Below are positions 1 through 9,937 of a stretch of DNA of 64,000 bases, one piece after another. Source of the stretch: an uncultured Gammaproteobacteria bacterium. Lineage in GTDB: Bacteria > Patescibacteriota > Patescibacteriia > Magasanikbacterales > GWA2-37-8. The notes beneath the pieces were generated by a model that searched no databases, was not told where the DNA came from, and saw only the letters and a program-made list of their open reading frames with translations. The translations under genes and the position numbers were made by a program. The stretch spans positions 1,901-65,900 of the forward strand of contig CAZBWU010000003.1 of NCBI GenBank assembly GCA_964496095.1, given 5' to 3'. Numbering within the stretch: position 1 is the first letter of the stretch; every line of letters begins with the position of its first letter.

Positions 1-350
1 CCGCACAAAACACATTTAAACCCATCTCGTTGCATTACTTGGTACCTAAGCTTGGGTTGGATGCCTTTTCGCATGTCTTTTGATTTTACCGATCGTTTGA
101 GGTGTTCGTATGACTTTCTTCCTTTCTCAATAGACAAGTTGAAAGCATCGCTAAAATTTCTTATCACATTTAATTTTTTAAGTTGACGTTGGATTGATCT
201 TGGTGTTATGGAAATTTTTGTTTTTAAAAGTAATTCGTCAGCTATTTCTATAGAAGAAAGTTTTTTATTCAAATAAAGATCCGAAATAACAGTATCAAAG
301 CTCTTCTGTAGAAGATGGGATATTCTTTGGGATTTGTTTAGATTAGCCAT
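1..350 (-). CDS. HNH endonuclease-like protein, 5' partial (N-terminal 116 aa visible; continues beyond window start)
   Basis: Reverse-strand ATG at 348-350 opens a frame running off the window. Translation MANLNKSQRISHLLQ...KLRYQVMQRDGFKCVLCG ends in the RDGxxCxxCG beginning of an HNH motif. Not in the ORF track because it is truncated. Confidence 0.35.
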   Translation of the reverse strand, partial: MANLNKSQRISHLLQKSFDTVISDLYLNKKLSSIEIADELLLKTKISITPRSIQRQLKKLNVIRNFSDAFNLSIEKGRKSYEHLKRSVKSKDMRKGIQPKLRYQVMQRDGFKCVLC

Positions 351-433
351 ATTGAATTGAGTGTAAGAGATATTATACTCAATTATATAATACTCCTAAA
401 ATAGAGTCAAATAACTTATTAACACCTCTCCCC

Positions 434-1495
434 CTACTTCCAATAAACCTTTTCACCAAAGCGGAGGTCAATGTACGCTTTTGGTTTTATTGTTGTTAAC
501 ATTTCCCTAAAGACGGTCATCTGTAAATTTGTATCATTTTTTGGTTGGAAGATAATATACCATGGCTCACCAGTCTCAATTACGATTCCGGAGTTCAAAT
601 TGTCAAAAACGAAGAATTTGGGCTTTAGTCTCCCCTGCTGGCTCAGTTCTTTGTTCCAAGCGATAATACTATCTATATATTCAGTTGGTAAAACATTTTT
701 TTGTTTATCTTCTATATTAATATTTCTTCTATCATAAACCACAGGATAATCTATAAAAAATCTTTTTATTTTTTCGTTATTTGGAGTGTGTTCGTAGGTT
801 GGAGTGCTTGATAGGCTTACTTGTAGCACGCTCAGCGTGCTAGTTACAACGCTTAGCGTTGTAGAGGTGGTACTTGTGCTGGATAGTTGGCTGTAAGAAG
901 GGCTCTGAGGCTTTAGTTTTAGCTCGTCAGCGCCCACATCTGCCAAAGGCTTGATAACTGTCCCTTCCTTATCTAAAAGAAAATATTTTTTGCTATTATC
1001 ATAAATAATAGCCGATATTTTTTCTTTAACTTCGATATTTAATCCATTTGGAAAAACTTTGGTAACAATAACGCTCTCTAGAGAAAAACGGTCTTTGATA
1101 TTGTTGGCCGACCTATTAGAATTGATAAAGAAGTAATTATCAACGGGTAGCCAGCTAGCCCGGTTGAGATAGTTGCTATGTATAAAAGATTCCAGTTCGG
1201 CGCGAGAAGTATTGCCAAGATTGAAGTATGAGATTTTATTTATTTTAAAATATGGCGTATAAGCCAAGCAAAATATCCATCCTAAAATTAGGATGATAAG
1301 AATGATTAGTTTTAGCTTGGTTTTGTTGGGTTTTAATTGATTTTGAGGTTTATATGGGTTTGATTTATAGTGAGAGGGTAAATCAGAAATGGGAATAGCT
1401 TTTTGTTTTCGTTTAAAAACACGCGAAAGTTTCTTTTTCCAACTTTCTTCAGGTTTGTACTTGGCGAATGCTTTTTCGGAACGAAAATGTTTCAT
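434..1495 (-). CDS. ftsQ: cell division protein FtsQ/DivIB-like (single TM + POTRA-like region)
   Basis: N-terminal basic tail, one TM helix (LIILIILILGWIF) and a POTRA-like segment (ISYFNLGN...GLNIEVKEK). Sits next to cell-wall genes (alr). Confidence 0.55.
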   Translation of the reverse strand: MKHFRSEKAFAKYKPEESWKKKLSRVFKRKQKAIPISDLPSHYKSNPYKPQNQLKPNKTKLKLIILIILILGWIFCLAYTPYFKINKISYFNLGNTSRAELESFIHSNYLNRASWLPVDNYFFINSNRSANNIKDRFSLESVIVTKVFPNGLNIEVKEKISAIIYDNSKKYFLLDKEGTVIKPLADVGADELKLKPQSPSYSQLSSTSTTSTTLSVVTSTLSVLQVSLSSTPTYEHTPNNEKIKRFFIDYPVVYDRRNINIEDKQKNVLPTEYIDSIIAWNKELSQQGRLKPKFFVFDNLNSGIVIETGEPWYIIFQPKNDTNLQMTVFREMLTTIKPKAYIDLRFGEKVYWK

Positions 1496-1513
1496 GTGCT
1501 TATTAGTGTGTAT

Positions 1514-2617
1514 TTATAGGCGTGGTAAAGTTGGATTAATTCTATCTACGATTTCGTAGTTGATGGTCAGGCACCATTTAGCTAGGTCATCTATAGAGAC
1601 AATCTTTTTTCCACTTTGGCCAACAAGCGTCACTCTATCCCCTGCTTTTACTTTTAAACCGGTAATATCCACCATGCAAATATTCATGCAAACCCTGCCG
1701 ATAATTTTACAAAATTTATTTTTTATTAAAACATGACCGTTGTTTGATAATCTCCTATCATAGCCGTCCCAATAACCAACTGCCAGCACAGCCACTTGAG
1801 TTTGTTTTTTGGTTGTATAAGTGCCCCCATACCCTACTTTTGTGCCCTTAGGCAGATCTTTTGTCTGGATTATGGTTGTATACCATGAAAGAGCGGGTTT
1901 CAATTTGATAGTTTGTTTTTTATCTGGGTATAAGCCATACAAACTAATGCCTAATCTTACAGCATTTTCATGAGTAAATTTTGTGTTCAAGGTAGCTGAA
2001 GAGCAAGCGATGTGTTTTATGGGAATATTAAAACCATTTTTTTGCAAAGTATCGTCAACTGACATTAATATACTATGTTGAGTTTTAGTATATTCTGGAT
2101 CATCTTCGCTTGAAGCAAAATGGCTCCATAATCCTTCTAATTCCAGGTGCTTAAATTTTTGCAAAGCTTTGACAAAACTAAGGGTGTCCTTTGGTGAAAT
2201 GCCCAGACGAGAGGCGCCAGTATCAATTTTTAAATGTACTTTTATTTTTTTCTTTAGCCTCTCCCCTGCTCTATTTAAAATCCGGGCATTTTTGAGATCG
2301 TATAATGGAAAGATTATATTATTTTTTATAGCCAAATTGAATTTTTCACTGTCTTGATTATCAAAAAAACTTAAGATAATTACTGGTTTATTAGTAAGTT
2401 TATTTTTGATAAGATCGACTGCTTCATCTAGATTGACAACGCAAATTCTATCTACTTCTTTTATATCTTGAAGAATCTTGGCTACTTTTAGAAATCCATG
2501 ACCATAAGCATTGGCCTTGATTACAGGCATGAGCAAGACTTTTGGTCCGATCAGTTTTTTGAATTGCTTTGCATTATATTTGATAGCCTCAGCATCTATT
2601 TTTAGCCAAGTGAGCAT
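1514..2617 (-). CDS. alr: alanine racemase
   Basis: PLP-lysine motif VIKANAYGHG near the N-terminus, length ~367 aa. Confidence 0.9.
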   Translation of the reverse strand: MLTWLKIDAEAIKYNAKQFKKLIGPKVLLMPVIKANAYGHGFLKVAKILQDIKEVDRICVVNLDEAVDLIKNKLTNKPVIILSFFDNQDSEKFNLAIKNNIIFPLYDLKNARILNRAGERLKKKIKVHLKIDTGASRLGISPKDTLSFVKALQKFKHLELEGLWSHFASSEDDPEYTKTQHSILMSVDDTLQKNGFNIPIKHIACSSATLNTKFTHENAVRLGISLYGLYPDKKQTIKLKPALSWYTTIIQTKDLPKGTKVGYGGTYTTKKQTQVAVLAVGYWDGYDRRLSNNGHVLIKNKFCKIIGRVCMNICMVDITGLKVKAGDRVTLVGQSGKKIVSIDDLAKWCLTINYEIVDRINPTLPRL

Positions 2618-2632
2618 ACAAAATATAATTGT

Positions 2633-3868
2633 TTAGAGTTTTTCAAAGCCGGTATATTTTTGTAAAACTTTTGGAATAAGAACGCTGCCATCAGCTTGCT
2701 GGAAGTTTTCAACAATGGCAATTGGAAAACGGCTCAGTACCACCGCAGTGCCATTTAAGGTATGAACAAATTCATTTGAGCCGTCTTCTTTTTTGTATTT
2801 AATATTAAGTCTGCGCGCTTGGTAGTCTGTACAGTTGCTAGTACTGGTTATCTCTCCGTAATCATTTTTCATAGTCATCCAAGCCTCAATATCATATTTG
2901 CGATATGCTGGTCCGCCTAGATCACCACTAGCAATATCAATCACTCTGTATGGTATTTCTAGGCCAGTAGCAATTTCCCGCTCGATACCCAAGAGCTCTT
3001 GGTGCATTTTCTCACTATCTTCCGGTCGACAATAGACAAACATTTCCAATTTTGTGAATTGGTGTACTCGGTATAAACCCTTGCTAGTACGTCCGTAGGC
3101 ACCAGCTTCTTTGCGGAAACAATGTGAAACAGCCGCGTATTTGATTGGTCCTTTTGACAAGTCTAAAACTTCGTTGGCATGATAACCACCCATAGTTATT
3201 TCAGCGGTACCAATCAAGCTCATCTCTTCGCCGGCTACTTGGTAAATTTGGTCTTCTTCACCTCTTGGATTAAAGCCAAGGCCAGTCAGGATTTCGTTTT
3301 TAGCCATATCTGGTGTTTCTACCAGGGTAAAACCATGGCGGCTAACAACATCCATACCGTAATTTATTAAGGCTTGATTGAGTCGTACTAGATTATTTTT
3401 GGTAAAATAAAACTTGGAACTAGCCACTTTGGCGCCACGTTCAAAATCAATCAAATCAAGGTTTGTCATTAATTCCTCATGGTCTTTGGCAGGGAAAGAA
3501 AACTCAGGTGGATTACCACTTGTTATAATAACTTTATAATCCTCTTCTCCGCCGACTGGAGTTTCTGAGTGAGTAAGATTAGGAATTTTTAATAAAAGAT
3601 CCAAATATTTTGGTTCTAAATCTGATATTTTATTTTCCAACAAAGCTATCTCATCCCCCATTTTACGAAGCTTTAGCATGTCTTCTTCGCTGGGCTTGCC
3701 TTTGGATTGGCTTTTTCTTTGAGCCCTTAAGCTCTCTATTTCTTTTTGAATAGAGCGTTTTTCTTCGTCAATTTTTAATAGTTCGTCTAGATCTACTTTA
3801 ACAAAACGATTAGCGCAATTTTGTCTTATTAACTCTATGTTTTCTCTGATAAATTTTATGTCTAGCAT
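2633..3868 (-). CDS. serS: seryl-tRNA synthetase
   Basis: N-terminal coiled-coil tRNA-binding arm, class II motifs (FRKEAGAYGRTSKGLYRVHQFTKLE), GTAVVLSRF near the C-terminus. Confidence 0.9.
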   Translation of the reverse strand: MLDIKFIRENIELIRQNCANRFVKVDLDELLKIDEEKRSIQKEIESLRAQRKSQSKGKPSEEDMLKLRKMGDEIALLENKISDLEPKYLDLLLKIPNLTHSETPVGGEEDYKVIITSGNPPEFSFPAKDHEELMTNLDLIDFERGAKVASSKFYFTKNNLVRLNQALINYGMDVVSRHGFTLVETPDMAKNEILTGLGFNPRGEEDQIYQVAGEEMSLIGTAEITMGGYHANEVLDLSKGPIKYAAVSHCFRKEAGAYGRTSKGLYRVHQFTKLEMFVYCRPEDSEKMHQELLGIEREIATGLEIPYRVIDIASGDLGGPAYRKYDIEAWMTMKNDYGEITSTSNCTDYQARRLNIKYKKEDGSNEFVHTLNGTAVVLSRFPIAIVENFQQADGSVLIPKVLQKYTGFEKL

Positions 3869-3920
3869 ATTGATTTAACGAAATCACGTCGCGCAATCGT
3901 CTATTGAAGCGCGACGGTTT

Positions 3921-4946
3921 TTACTTAATATATTTTAAAAGTATTTTTTTGTTATTTTTAGATTGAATAAGTTTTTTGTTCAAAGGTAACATGTCCATCT
4001 TCAAAGCTTCTTTGTAGGTAAACCATCCATAGTCAGAACTTTCGGCTTCAGCTATTTTTATTTTTCCCGACACGATTGAGCAAATACACATAAATAAATG
4101 TACTTGGTAGTGTTCTTTTTTAACGAGAGACGTCAAAATATCAGGCAACTGTTCTTCAACCTTCACCTTAAAGCCGGACTCTTCTAGGACTTCATCTCTT
4201 ACTGTCTCTATAAAAGTTGCACCGTCTTCTACTCCACCACCGGGAAATTCCCACTTGTCATTAAAGTCAGGTCTATGGTCACGTCGTTTGGTCATAAGCA
4301 TCTTGCCGTCTTTGACAACAATGCCAGCAGCGCAGATTATTTGTTTTGGTTGGTAATTTTTTATTAAAAAATACCTAACCTGGTTAATCATCTTTCCTCT
4401 GTGGCTAATTCTGTTTTTTTCTAAAATATTCATTTCAGAAAATAATTTTTTAAGGTTCGGAAAATAAAAAATCGGATCATAACCCATATCTTCATTGAGA
4501 TCGCTGCCAATTTTATCTGTAATCAAACCATCCAACCTTCCGTTAAACGTAAAAAAATTATCTGTTTGTGGATCAAAAAGACAGCCAGTAGTTTCAAAGT
4601 AAGCACTGCGTTTTTTTTCAGGTATGCCTTTTAATTGTTCTAAAATTTTAGTATTTCTCTCTAGAGCTGTCGGGGCGTATCTTTTTGATTTTATTCCAGG
4701 TTGACCTTTTAGATGATTTATAAATAAGCCTGTGTCTTCGGCTAAAGTCAGTAGCCCACTTTTTTTTGCAAAAAATCTAGCCTTTTCTAAAGCATTTTGC
4801 CAAGTGGTGTCGTGCGGTTCATCTACTTCGATTTTGTCTAAGCCTACGTCTTTGAGGCTGACAAACTTAAAATGCATGTCGGCCAACTCAGCTGTTATTT
4901 CTCTAAACTTTTCTTTATTACCAGTAGCGATAAGAATTTTTTGCAT
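3921..4946 (-). CDS. fusion protein: RdgB/HAM1 non-canonical NTP pyrophosphatase (N-terminal) + NUDIX hydrolase (C-terminal)
   Basis: N-terminus MQKILIATGNKEKFREI...KGQPGIKSKRY matches the HAM1/RdgB family. The C-terminus carries the Nudix box GGGVEDGATFIETVRDEVLEESGF. Confidence 0.75.
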   Translation of the reverse strand: MQKILIATGNKEKFREITAELADMHFKFVSLKDVGLDKIEVDEPHDTTWQNALEKARFFAKKSGLLTLAEDTGLFINHLKGQPGIKSKRYAPTALERNTKILEQLKGIPEKKRSAYFETTGCLFDPQTDNFFTFNGRLDGLITDKIGSDLNEDMGYDPIFYFPNLKKLFSEMNILEKNRISHRGKMINQVRYFLIKNYQPKQIICAAGIVVKDGKMLMTKRRDHRPDFNDKWEFPGGGVEDGATFIETVRDEVLEESGFKVKVEEQLPDILTSLVKKEHYQVHLFMCICSIVSGKIKIAEAESSDYGWFTYKEALKMDMLPLNKKLIQSKNNKKILLKYIK

Positions 4947-4951
4947 ATTAG

Positions 4952-5365
4952 CTATTCTTGATTTTGCATTTTTTCTTTTATTTTTGAGCTTTTATAAATT
5001 TCCGGTTGAAATGGTTGGAGGCGAACTATTTTTATAGTATCTTTTATATTTTCTTTGAGCTTATCAACAAAAGCGACTTGATCATATCCTAGCGCGATAA
5101 TATCAGGGTCCTCTTCTCTGATAGCTTGATATCTATCTTCTCCCAAGTTTCCTAGCCTGACTTTGTCGGCAATATTTAATTGTTTAACGTGTTCTAATCG
5201 TGTTTTTTCATCTAGCATTGGCGCTTTGCCTTTTACTTGGTGGGTGATTTCGTCCCTAGAAACAATTACAATAAGATAATCACCGTAGGTTTTGGCTTCT
5301 TTTAACATATGGATATGCCCGGGATGGACAATATCAAATGTGCCAAATACCATTACTTTCTGCAT
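4952..5365 (-). CDS. cytidylyltransferase-like nucleotidyltransferase (TagD/RibL/RfaE-domain-II-like)
   Basis: FGTFDIVHPGHIHMLKEAKTYGDYLIVIVSRDE contains the HxGH nucleotidyltransferase motif. At ~137 aa it has the size of glycerol-3-phosphate cytidylyltransferase. Confidence 0.6.
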   Translation of the reverse strand: MQKVMVFGTFDIVHPGHIHMLKEAKTYGDYLIVIVSRDEITHQVKGKAPMLDEKTRLEHVKQLNIADKVRLGNLGEDRYQAIREEDPDIIALGYDQVAFVDKLKENIKDTIKIVRLQPFQPEIYKSSKIKEKMQNQE

Positions 5366-5369
5366 ACAA

Positions 5370-6836
5370 CTATTCTTTATTTTCCGGTTTTAAGGTGGGG
5401 AATAAAATTACTTCTTTTAGATTTTGGACATCCATTAAAAGTTTGACTAGTCTATCAATACCCATGCCAAGACCTGCGGTTGGTGGCATGCCGTGCTTGA
5501 GAGCAGTCACAAAATCTTCGTCATAAGGCATGCTCTCTTCATCTCCGGCTGCGCCAAGGCGTTCTTGGTCTTTGAATCTTGATTCTTGATCTATTGGGTC
5601 GTTGAGCTCAGAGAAGCCATTACATAATTCGTTTCCTCCCACACAAACAAGCTGTAGACGTTCTACATATTTGTCGTTGTCGGTTTTGCGTTTGGCCAGT
5701 GGAGAAAGTTCTACTGGGTGGTCAATCATAAATATCGGATTGATGATTTTTGGTCGGGCGTAAGTTTTATAAATTTCATCAACCATCTTGCCATAGCCGG
5801 TATCCTTGTCCACGCCATCTATATGAAGATCTTTTATTTTTTCATATAAAGATTTTTGGTCAGCAAATTCTTCTATATCAATTTTGGCATATTCCATGAT
5901 AATTGCGCGCATAGTTTGGCGAGGATAAGGAGGGGTAAAATCAACATCATCATCCCCTACTTTAAATTTGAGAGGTAAGCCGGCGGCTGTAATTATTTTT
6001 GGTAATAAATCTTCTACCAAATTCATTAGATCTTGGTAGTTAGCATATGCCCAATAAAATTCAATCTGAGTAAATTCGGGATTATGATTATTGTCTATTC
6101 CTTCATTTCTAAAACATTTGGCTACTTCATAGACTTTTTCAAAACCACCAACAATCAAGCGTTTGAGATATAGCTCCGGAGCAACACGAAGATATAAAGG
6201 AATGTCTAAAGCATTGTGATGGGTCACAAACGGTTTGGCTAGAGCGCCACCATAAAGAGTTTGTAAAACTGGAGTTTCTACTTCAAAAAAACCTTTACTA
6301 TCAAAATAATTTCTAATTTCTCGAACGATAAGACTACGAACTTTGGCAATTCGCATTGATTCTTCGTTGGCAATCAAATCCAAATATCTTTGTCTGTACC
6401 TAGTTTCTATATCATTGAGACCGTGAAATTTTTCAGGCATCGGCAGAAGCGCCTTGCTTAGTAGTTGATATTTTTTTACTAGAACTGTCAGTTCGCCTTT
6501 GTGGGTAGTAAAAATATCGCCTTCAATATGCAAAAAATCACCTAAGTCAAAATATTTTATAAAAAGTTTATATTGGTCTTTGCCAAGTTCTTTTTCAGAA
6601 AAAGCGACTTGAATTTTACCGCTAGCATCTCTAAGATGAGAAAAACTAATTTTTCCCATCTCTCTTTTGGCTATAAGTCTCCCAGCAATTTTAACTGGAG
6701 TAGCTTCCGGCTTAGTCAAAGCTTCGGAAATAGAAATTCTTTCTTCTGTCAGGCTTGGGTAAGGATTAATACCAGCCGAGCGCAAATAATTTAGTCTTTC
6801 CAATCGTACGATATCTTCTCTGATTTCATTTGGCAT
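5370..6836 (-). CDS. lysS: lysyl-tRNA synthetase (class II)
   Basis: N-terminal OB anticodon-binding domain, class II motif 2 FRNEGIDNNHNPEFTQIEFY, motif 3 GMGIDRLVKLL. Confidence 0.9.
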   Translation of the reverse strand: MPNEIREDIVRLERLNYLRSAGINPYPSLTEERISISEALTKPEATPVKIAGRLIAKREMGKISFSHLRDASGKIQVAFSEKELGKDQYKLFIKYFDLGDFLHIEGDIFTTHKGELTVLVKKYQLLSKALLPMPEKFHGLNDIETRYRQRYLDLIANEESMRIAKVRSLIVREIRNYFDSKGFFEVETPVLQTLYGGALAKPFVTHHNALDIPLYLRVAPELYLKRLIVGGFEKVYEVAKCFRNEGIDNNHNPEFTQIEFYWAYANYQDLMNLVEDLLPKIITAAGLPLKFKVGDDDVDFTPPYPRQTMRAIIMEYAKIDIEEFADQKSLYEKIKDLHIDGVDKDTGYGKMVDEIYKTYARPKIINPIFMIDHPVELSPLAKRKTDNDKYVERLQLVCVGGNELCNGFSELNDPIDQESRFKDQERLGAAGDEESMPYDEDFVTALKHGMPPTAGLGMGIDRLVKLLMDVQNLKEVILFPTLKPENKE

Positions 6837-6866
6837 ATTTAAAAAATTACTATGGATGATTCGCTA

Positions 6867-7337
6867 TTACTTTACTTCTAAAATTTCGTATGTTTGTTTT
6901 CCTGCTGGGGTGTGAGCCAAAACTTCATCCCCTACCTTATGGCCAAGGAAAGCTTCTCCTAAAGGTGATTGGTTGGAAATTTTACCTTGCAAAGGATCTG
7001 CTTCTTGCGGACCGACAATGGTATAAGTTTTTGTTTTGTCGTTTGTTTTAATAACAATGGTACTGCCGACGATTATCTTGCCTTGTTTTTGAGGAGCAGA
7101 ACTTACTACTTGGGCGTTATCTATAATATATTCAAGCTCTTGGCGTCTTCCGTGAGCCCAGGCCATCTCTTCTTTAGCTTGGTGGTATTCAGCATTTTCT
7201 GATAAGTCGCCATGCTGTTTGGCGTCATCTATACGAGTGGCGATGTTTGGGATTTTTTCATCTTTGAGGTGAATCAATTCTTGTTTTAATTCTTCCAATC
7301 TTTGAGGGCTTACATACTGAATTTTTTCATCTGACAT
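6867..7337 (-). CDS. greA: transcription elongation factor GreA
   Basis: GreA N-terminal coiled coil with DLSENAEYHQAKEE, C-terminal FKBP-like domain, 156 aa. Confidence 0.9.
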   Translation of the reverse strand: MSDEKIQYVSPQRLEELKQELIHLKDEKIPNIATRIDDAKQHGDLSENAEYHQAKEEMAWAHGRRQELEYIIDNAQVVSSAPQKQGKIIVGSTIVIKTNDKTKTYTIVGPQEADPLQGKISNQSPLGEAFLGHKVGDEVLAHTPAGKQTYEILEVK

Positions 7338-7419
7338 AGGGTATTTTAGTTGGCTTAAAAGTTTAAAATTTACTTAAATAGCTTTTAAAAGTATAGCATA
7401 CCGTATAAATAAATCAACC

Positions 7420-9390
7420 TTAATTTTGATACTTTTTACCCCACCAGAGCAGAAAGTCTCGAGCGATCGGTTCGACGGCTGTGCTTCCTTCGACCCCCTC
7501 TTCTACAAGCACGGTAACCACGATTTTTGGGTTTTCTAAAGGCGCAAATGAGGTAAACCAAGCATGGTTATCTTTGTTTGAGTTCCATTGGGCAGTTCCC
7601 GTTTTACCACCACTTGAGAATGGCAAAGCTTTCATCATCTGACAGCTACCGTAGCTGACACAGTCTCGCATACCTTGACGCACCAAAGCTAGATTATAGT
7701 CACTCACTGGAACCTTGGTTTTTTTAAAGTCTAGATTAGTCTTATTGTGAGTGACTGGTTCTTCCAATTGTTGAGCTAGGTGTGGCTGGACAACACTTCC
7801 ACCGTTGGCTACAGCCGCAGTCCAAACTGCAACTTGAATAGGTGTGACTAGTAAGTCTCCCTGGCCGATAGAAAGATTATAAGTATCACCCACATACCAA
7901 GTTTCTTTTTTGGTCGCCAGCTTCCAATCTTTGCTTGGTAAAAAACCAGTGGCTTCGCCGTTTATATCAATGCCTGATTTTTTAGAAATTCCAAAAGCCT
8001 GCATGTATTTTACAATTCTATCCACCCCTAAGCCAACAAAATTTTTGTATCCACCACCAACATAATAGAAAAAAGTATTCACTGACCAAGCCAGAGCCTT
8101 GCCTACATTTGTAATTCCATGCCCCCCAACCTTCCAATCTCTGAATAAGTGGTCTCCTAGTTGCAAGCCACCAGTACTTAAAAAAGTAGTTGCCGAAGTA
8201 ATAACTTTTTCTTCTAAAGCAGCGGCTGCGATAATTAGTTTGATTGTAGATCCTGAAGGATAAGTACCGCCGACAGATCTGTTGAATAAAGGATGGTCGA
8301 GGTCATTACTATATTTAGAGTAATCAGCCTGAGAAATACCGCCTGAAAAATCATTATTATTAAAAGCTGGCAAACTGACCATAGCGATGATTGAGCCGTC
8401 GCGCGGATCCATAGCAATAGCCGAGGCACGTTTTTTGTTTAGATGAGTCAACATTTTTTGAGTCAAATCTTCCAGTTTTTTTTGCGCTTCAAAATCTAAT
8501 GAGAGAATAAGATTTTTACCTGGGTATGGAGGTTCTTCGGCCAGAACATTTTGTTCGTGACCAATAGCATTTACTTCAACTTTTTTTAAGCCGTATTTAC
8601 CACGCAGATCTGATTCATAAGTTTTTTCTAAACCTGTTTTACCAATATTATCAAATGGTAAATATTCATTTTGTCCCTTTAAATTTTCCAGTTCTGTTTC
8701 GTTTAATTTCCCTAGATAGCCAAGCAAATGAGAGATACTTAGACTGCTACTAACGCTAACACTGTCGTGAATGTAGTTTCGTTTACTGCCTTTTTCAATG
8801 GAAATGCCTGGCAGTTGGGAACTTTTTATATATAGCTTAAGAGCAGATTCGTAATCTAGATTTTCTTTGATTACCAAAGAAGCGTAACTATAAAATTGGT
8901 ACTTATTCAATAAATCAGTAATTTGTTCTTTGGGAATACTGCTTAATTCTACCACTTTATTAATTATTTCTTCCCTCTTTTCTTTATTACGAGGCAAATC
9001 TTGAGGGACAAGATTGAGAGAAAAGTTTGGAATGTTCTGGACAAGTTCGTTATGAAATCTGTCGTAGATAATCCCCCGTTCTGCCAAAATTGGTCTCAGA
9101 CGAATACGATTGCCTTCCGCCAAAGTTTCGTAATAATTACCTTTTAAAATTTGTAAATAAAAAGTTTTACCAAAAAGCACGCCTAAACCTAAAGCAACCA
9201 CGATTGTCAAAATGGCAACGGTTTTTTTGGAGATGCTGGTGCCCAGATAATTGTTGGTATGGGAAACGGCCACTTGTTTGCCACTCTGACCTTCGAAATT
9301 AAAAGACTCTTCTACCCAGTTACGGCTATATTTCCCATCCAGATTGGCATCCCCTATTTTTTCTTCAGATACATTAAAAAGTTTTGCCAT
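7420..9390 (-). CDS. mrdA: penicillin-binding protein 2 / peptidoglycan D,D-transpeptidase (class B PBP)
   Basis: SXXK (SGSTIK), SXN (SVN) and KTG (KTGTA) motifs plus an N-terminal TM helix. The start was moved to the internal Met (MAKLFNV) because the ORF-track start would overlap mreD by 100 nt. Gene order is mreB-mreC-mreD-pbp2. Confidence 0.8.
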   Translation of the reverse strand: MAKLFNVSEEKIGDANLDGKYSRNWVEESFNFEGQSGKQVAVSHTNNYLGTSISKKTVAILTIVVALGLGVLFGKTFYLQILKGNYYETLAEGNRIRLRPILAERGIIYDRFHNELVQNIPNFSLNLVPQDLPRNKEKREEIINKVVELSSIPKEQITDLLNKYQFYSYASLVIKENLDYESALKLYIKSSQLPGISIEKGSKRNYIHDSVSVSSSLSISHLLGYLGKLNETELENLKGQNEYLPFDNIGKTGLEKTYESDLRGKYGLKKVEVNAIGHEQNVLAEEPPYPGKNLILSLDFEAQKKLEDLTQKMLTHLNKKRASAIAMDPRDGSIIAMVSLPAFNNNDFSGGISQADYSKYSNDLDHPLFNRSVGGTYPSGSTIKLIIAAAALEEKVITSATTFLSTGGLQLGDHLFRDWKVGGHGITNVGKALAWSVNTFFYYVGGGYKNFVGLGVDRIVKYMQAFGISKKSGIDINGEATGFLPSKDWKLATKKETWYVGDTYNLSIGQGDLLVTPIQVAVWTAAVANGGSVVQPHLAQQLEEPVTHNKTNLDFKKTKVPVSDYNLALVRQGMRDCVSYGSCQMMKALPFSSGGKTGTAQWNSNKDNHAWFTSFAPLENPKIVVTVLVEEGVEGSTAVEPIARDFLLWWGKKYQN

Positions 9391-9392
9391 AT

Positions 9393-9923
9393 TTAGTAGC
9401 TTATTCGAAAATTTTTGCGAAAAATTCTGATAAATTTGGAATAAATAAAATAGAGAATAGCAACTTCTAAAGAAGTTAATAAAACTTCCCAAGCAATATC
9501 GCTAAATACCTCCTTGCCTGGTAATAAGGGATTGTTACCGAAATAATTATAAATAACTAAAAAGGAAAAAAATATAGCTCGATAAAAAATCATGCCAATA
9601 GCTGTAGAGATAAAAATGATATAGGCAGAACGATTAGTAAGGATATTTAGCTGAAACCAATTGATGGCAATCAGGCTAATAATTAGAGAAGCTTGGCCAA
9701 TGCCAAAAGGAATACCGCTGAGAAGCTCTAAAAAATAGGAAAGAATAATTGCTAGCCAAATAATCTGTCGGCTAGGTTTGATAGTAAGAAAAAATAGCAA
9801 CATTCCAAAAACAGTATTGAGATGATTATATGGATAAGGAAATAGATTGATTATAAAAATATGTGCTACCAAAATAAGCAGGACAGATAAAAATAAAAAT
9901 AGTGTTTTTTGTAAAAATTTCAT
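9393..9923 (-). CDS. mreD: rod shape-determining protein MreD-like membrane protein
   Basis: Polytopic small membrane protein immediately downstream of mreC and upstream of pbp2. Confidence 0.5.
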   Translation of the reverse strand: MKFLQKTLFLFLSVLLILVAHIFIINLFPYPYNHLNTVFGMLLFFLTIKPSRQIIWLAIILSYFLELLSGIPFGIGQASLIISLIAINWFQLNILTNRSAYIIFISTAIGMIFYRAIFFSFLVIYNYFGNNPLLPGKEVFSDIAWEVLLTSLEVAILYFIYSKFIRIFRKNFRISY

Positions 9924-9937
9924 AACCGGTTTGAAAA

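Noticed and set aside
8235-8429. Short nested ORFs inside long genes (e.g. 8235-8429, 18784-18996, 21947-22240, 41048-41272)
   Set aside because: Fully embedded in well-supported conserved genes (pbp2, atpD, atpA, murB) in other frames, with no independent signals.
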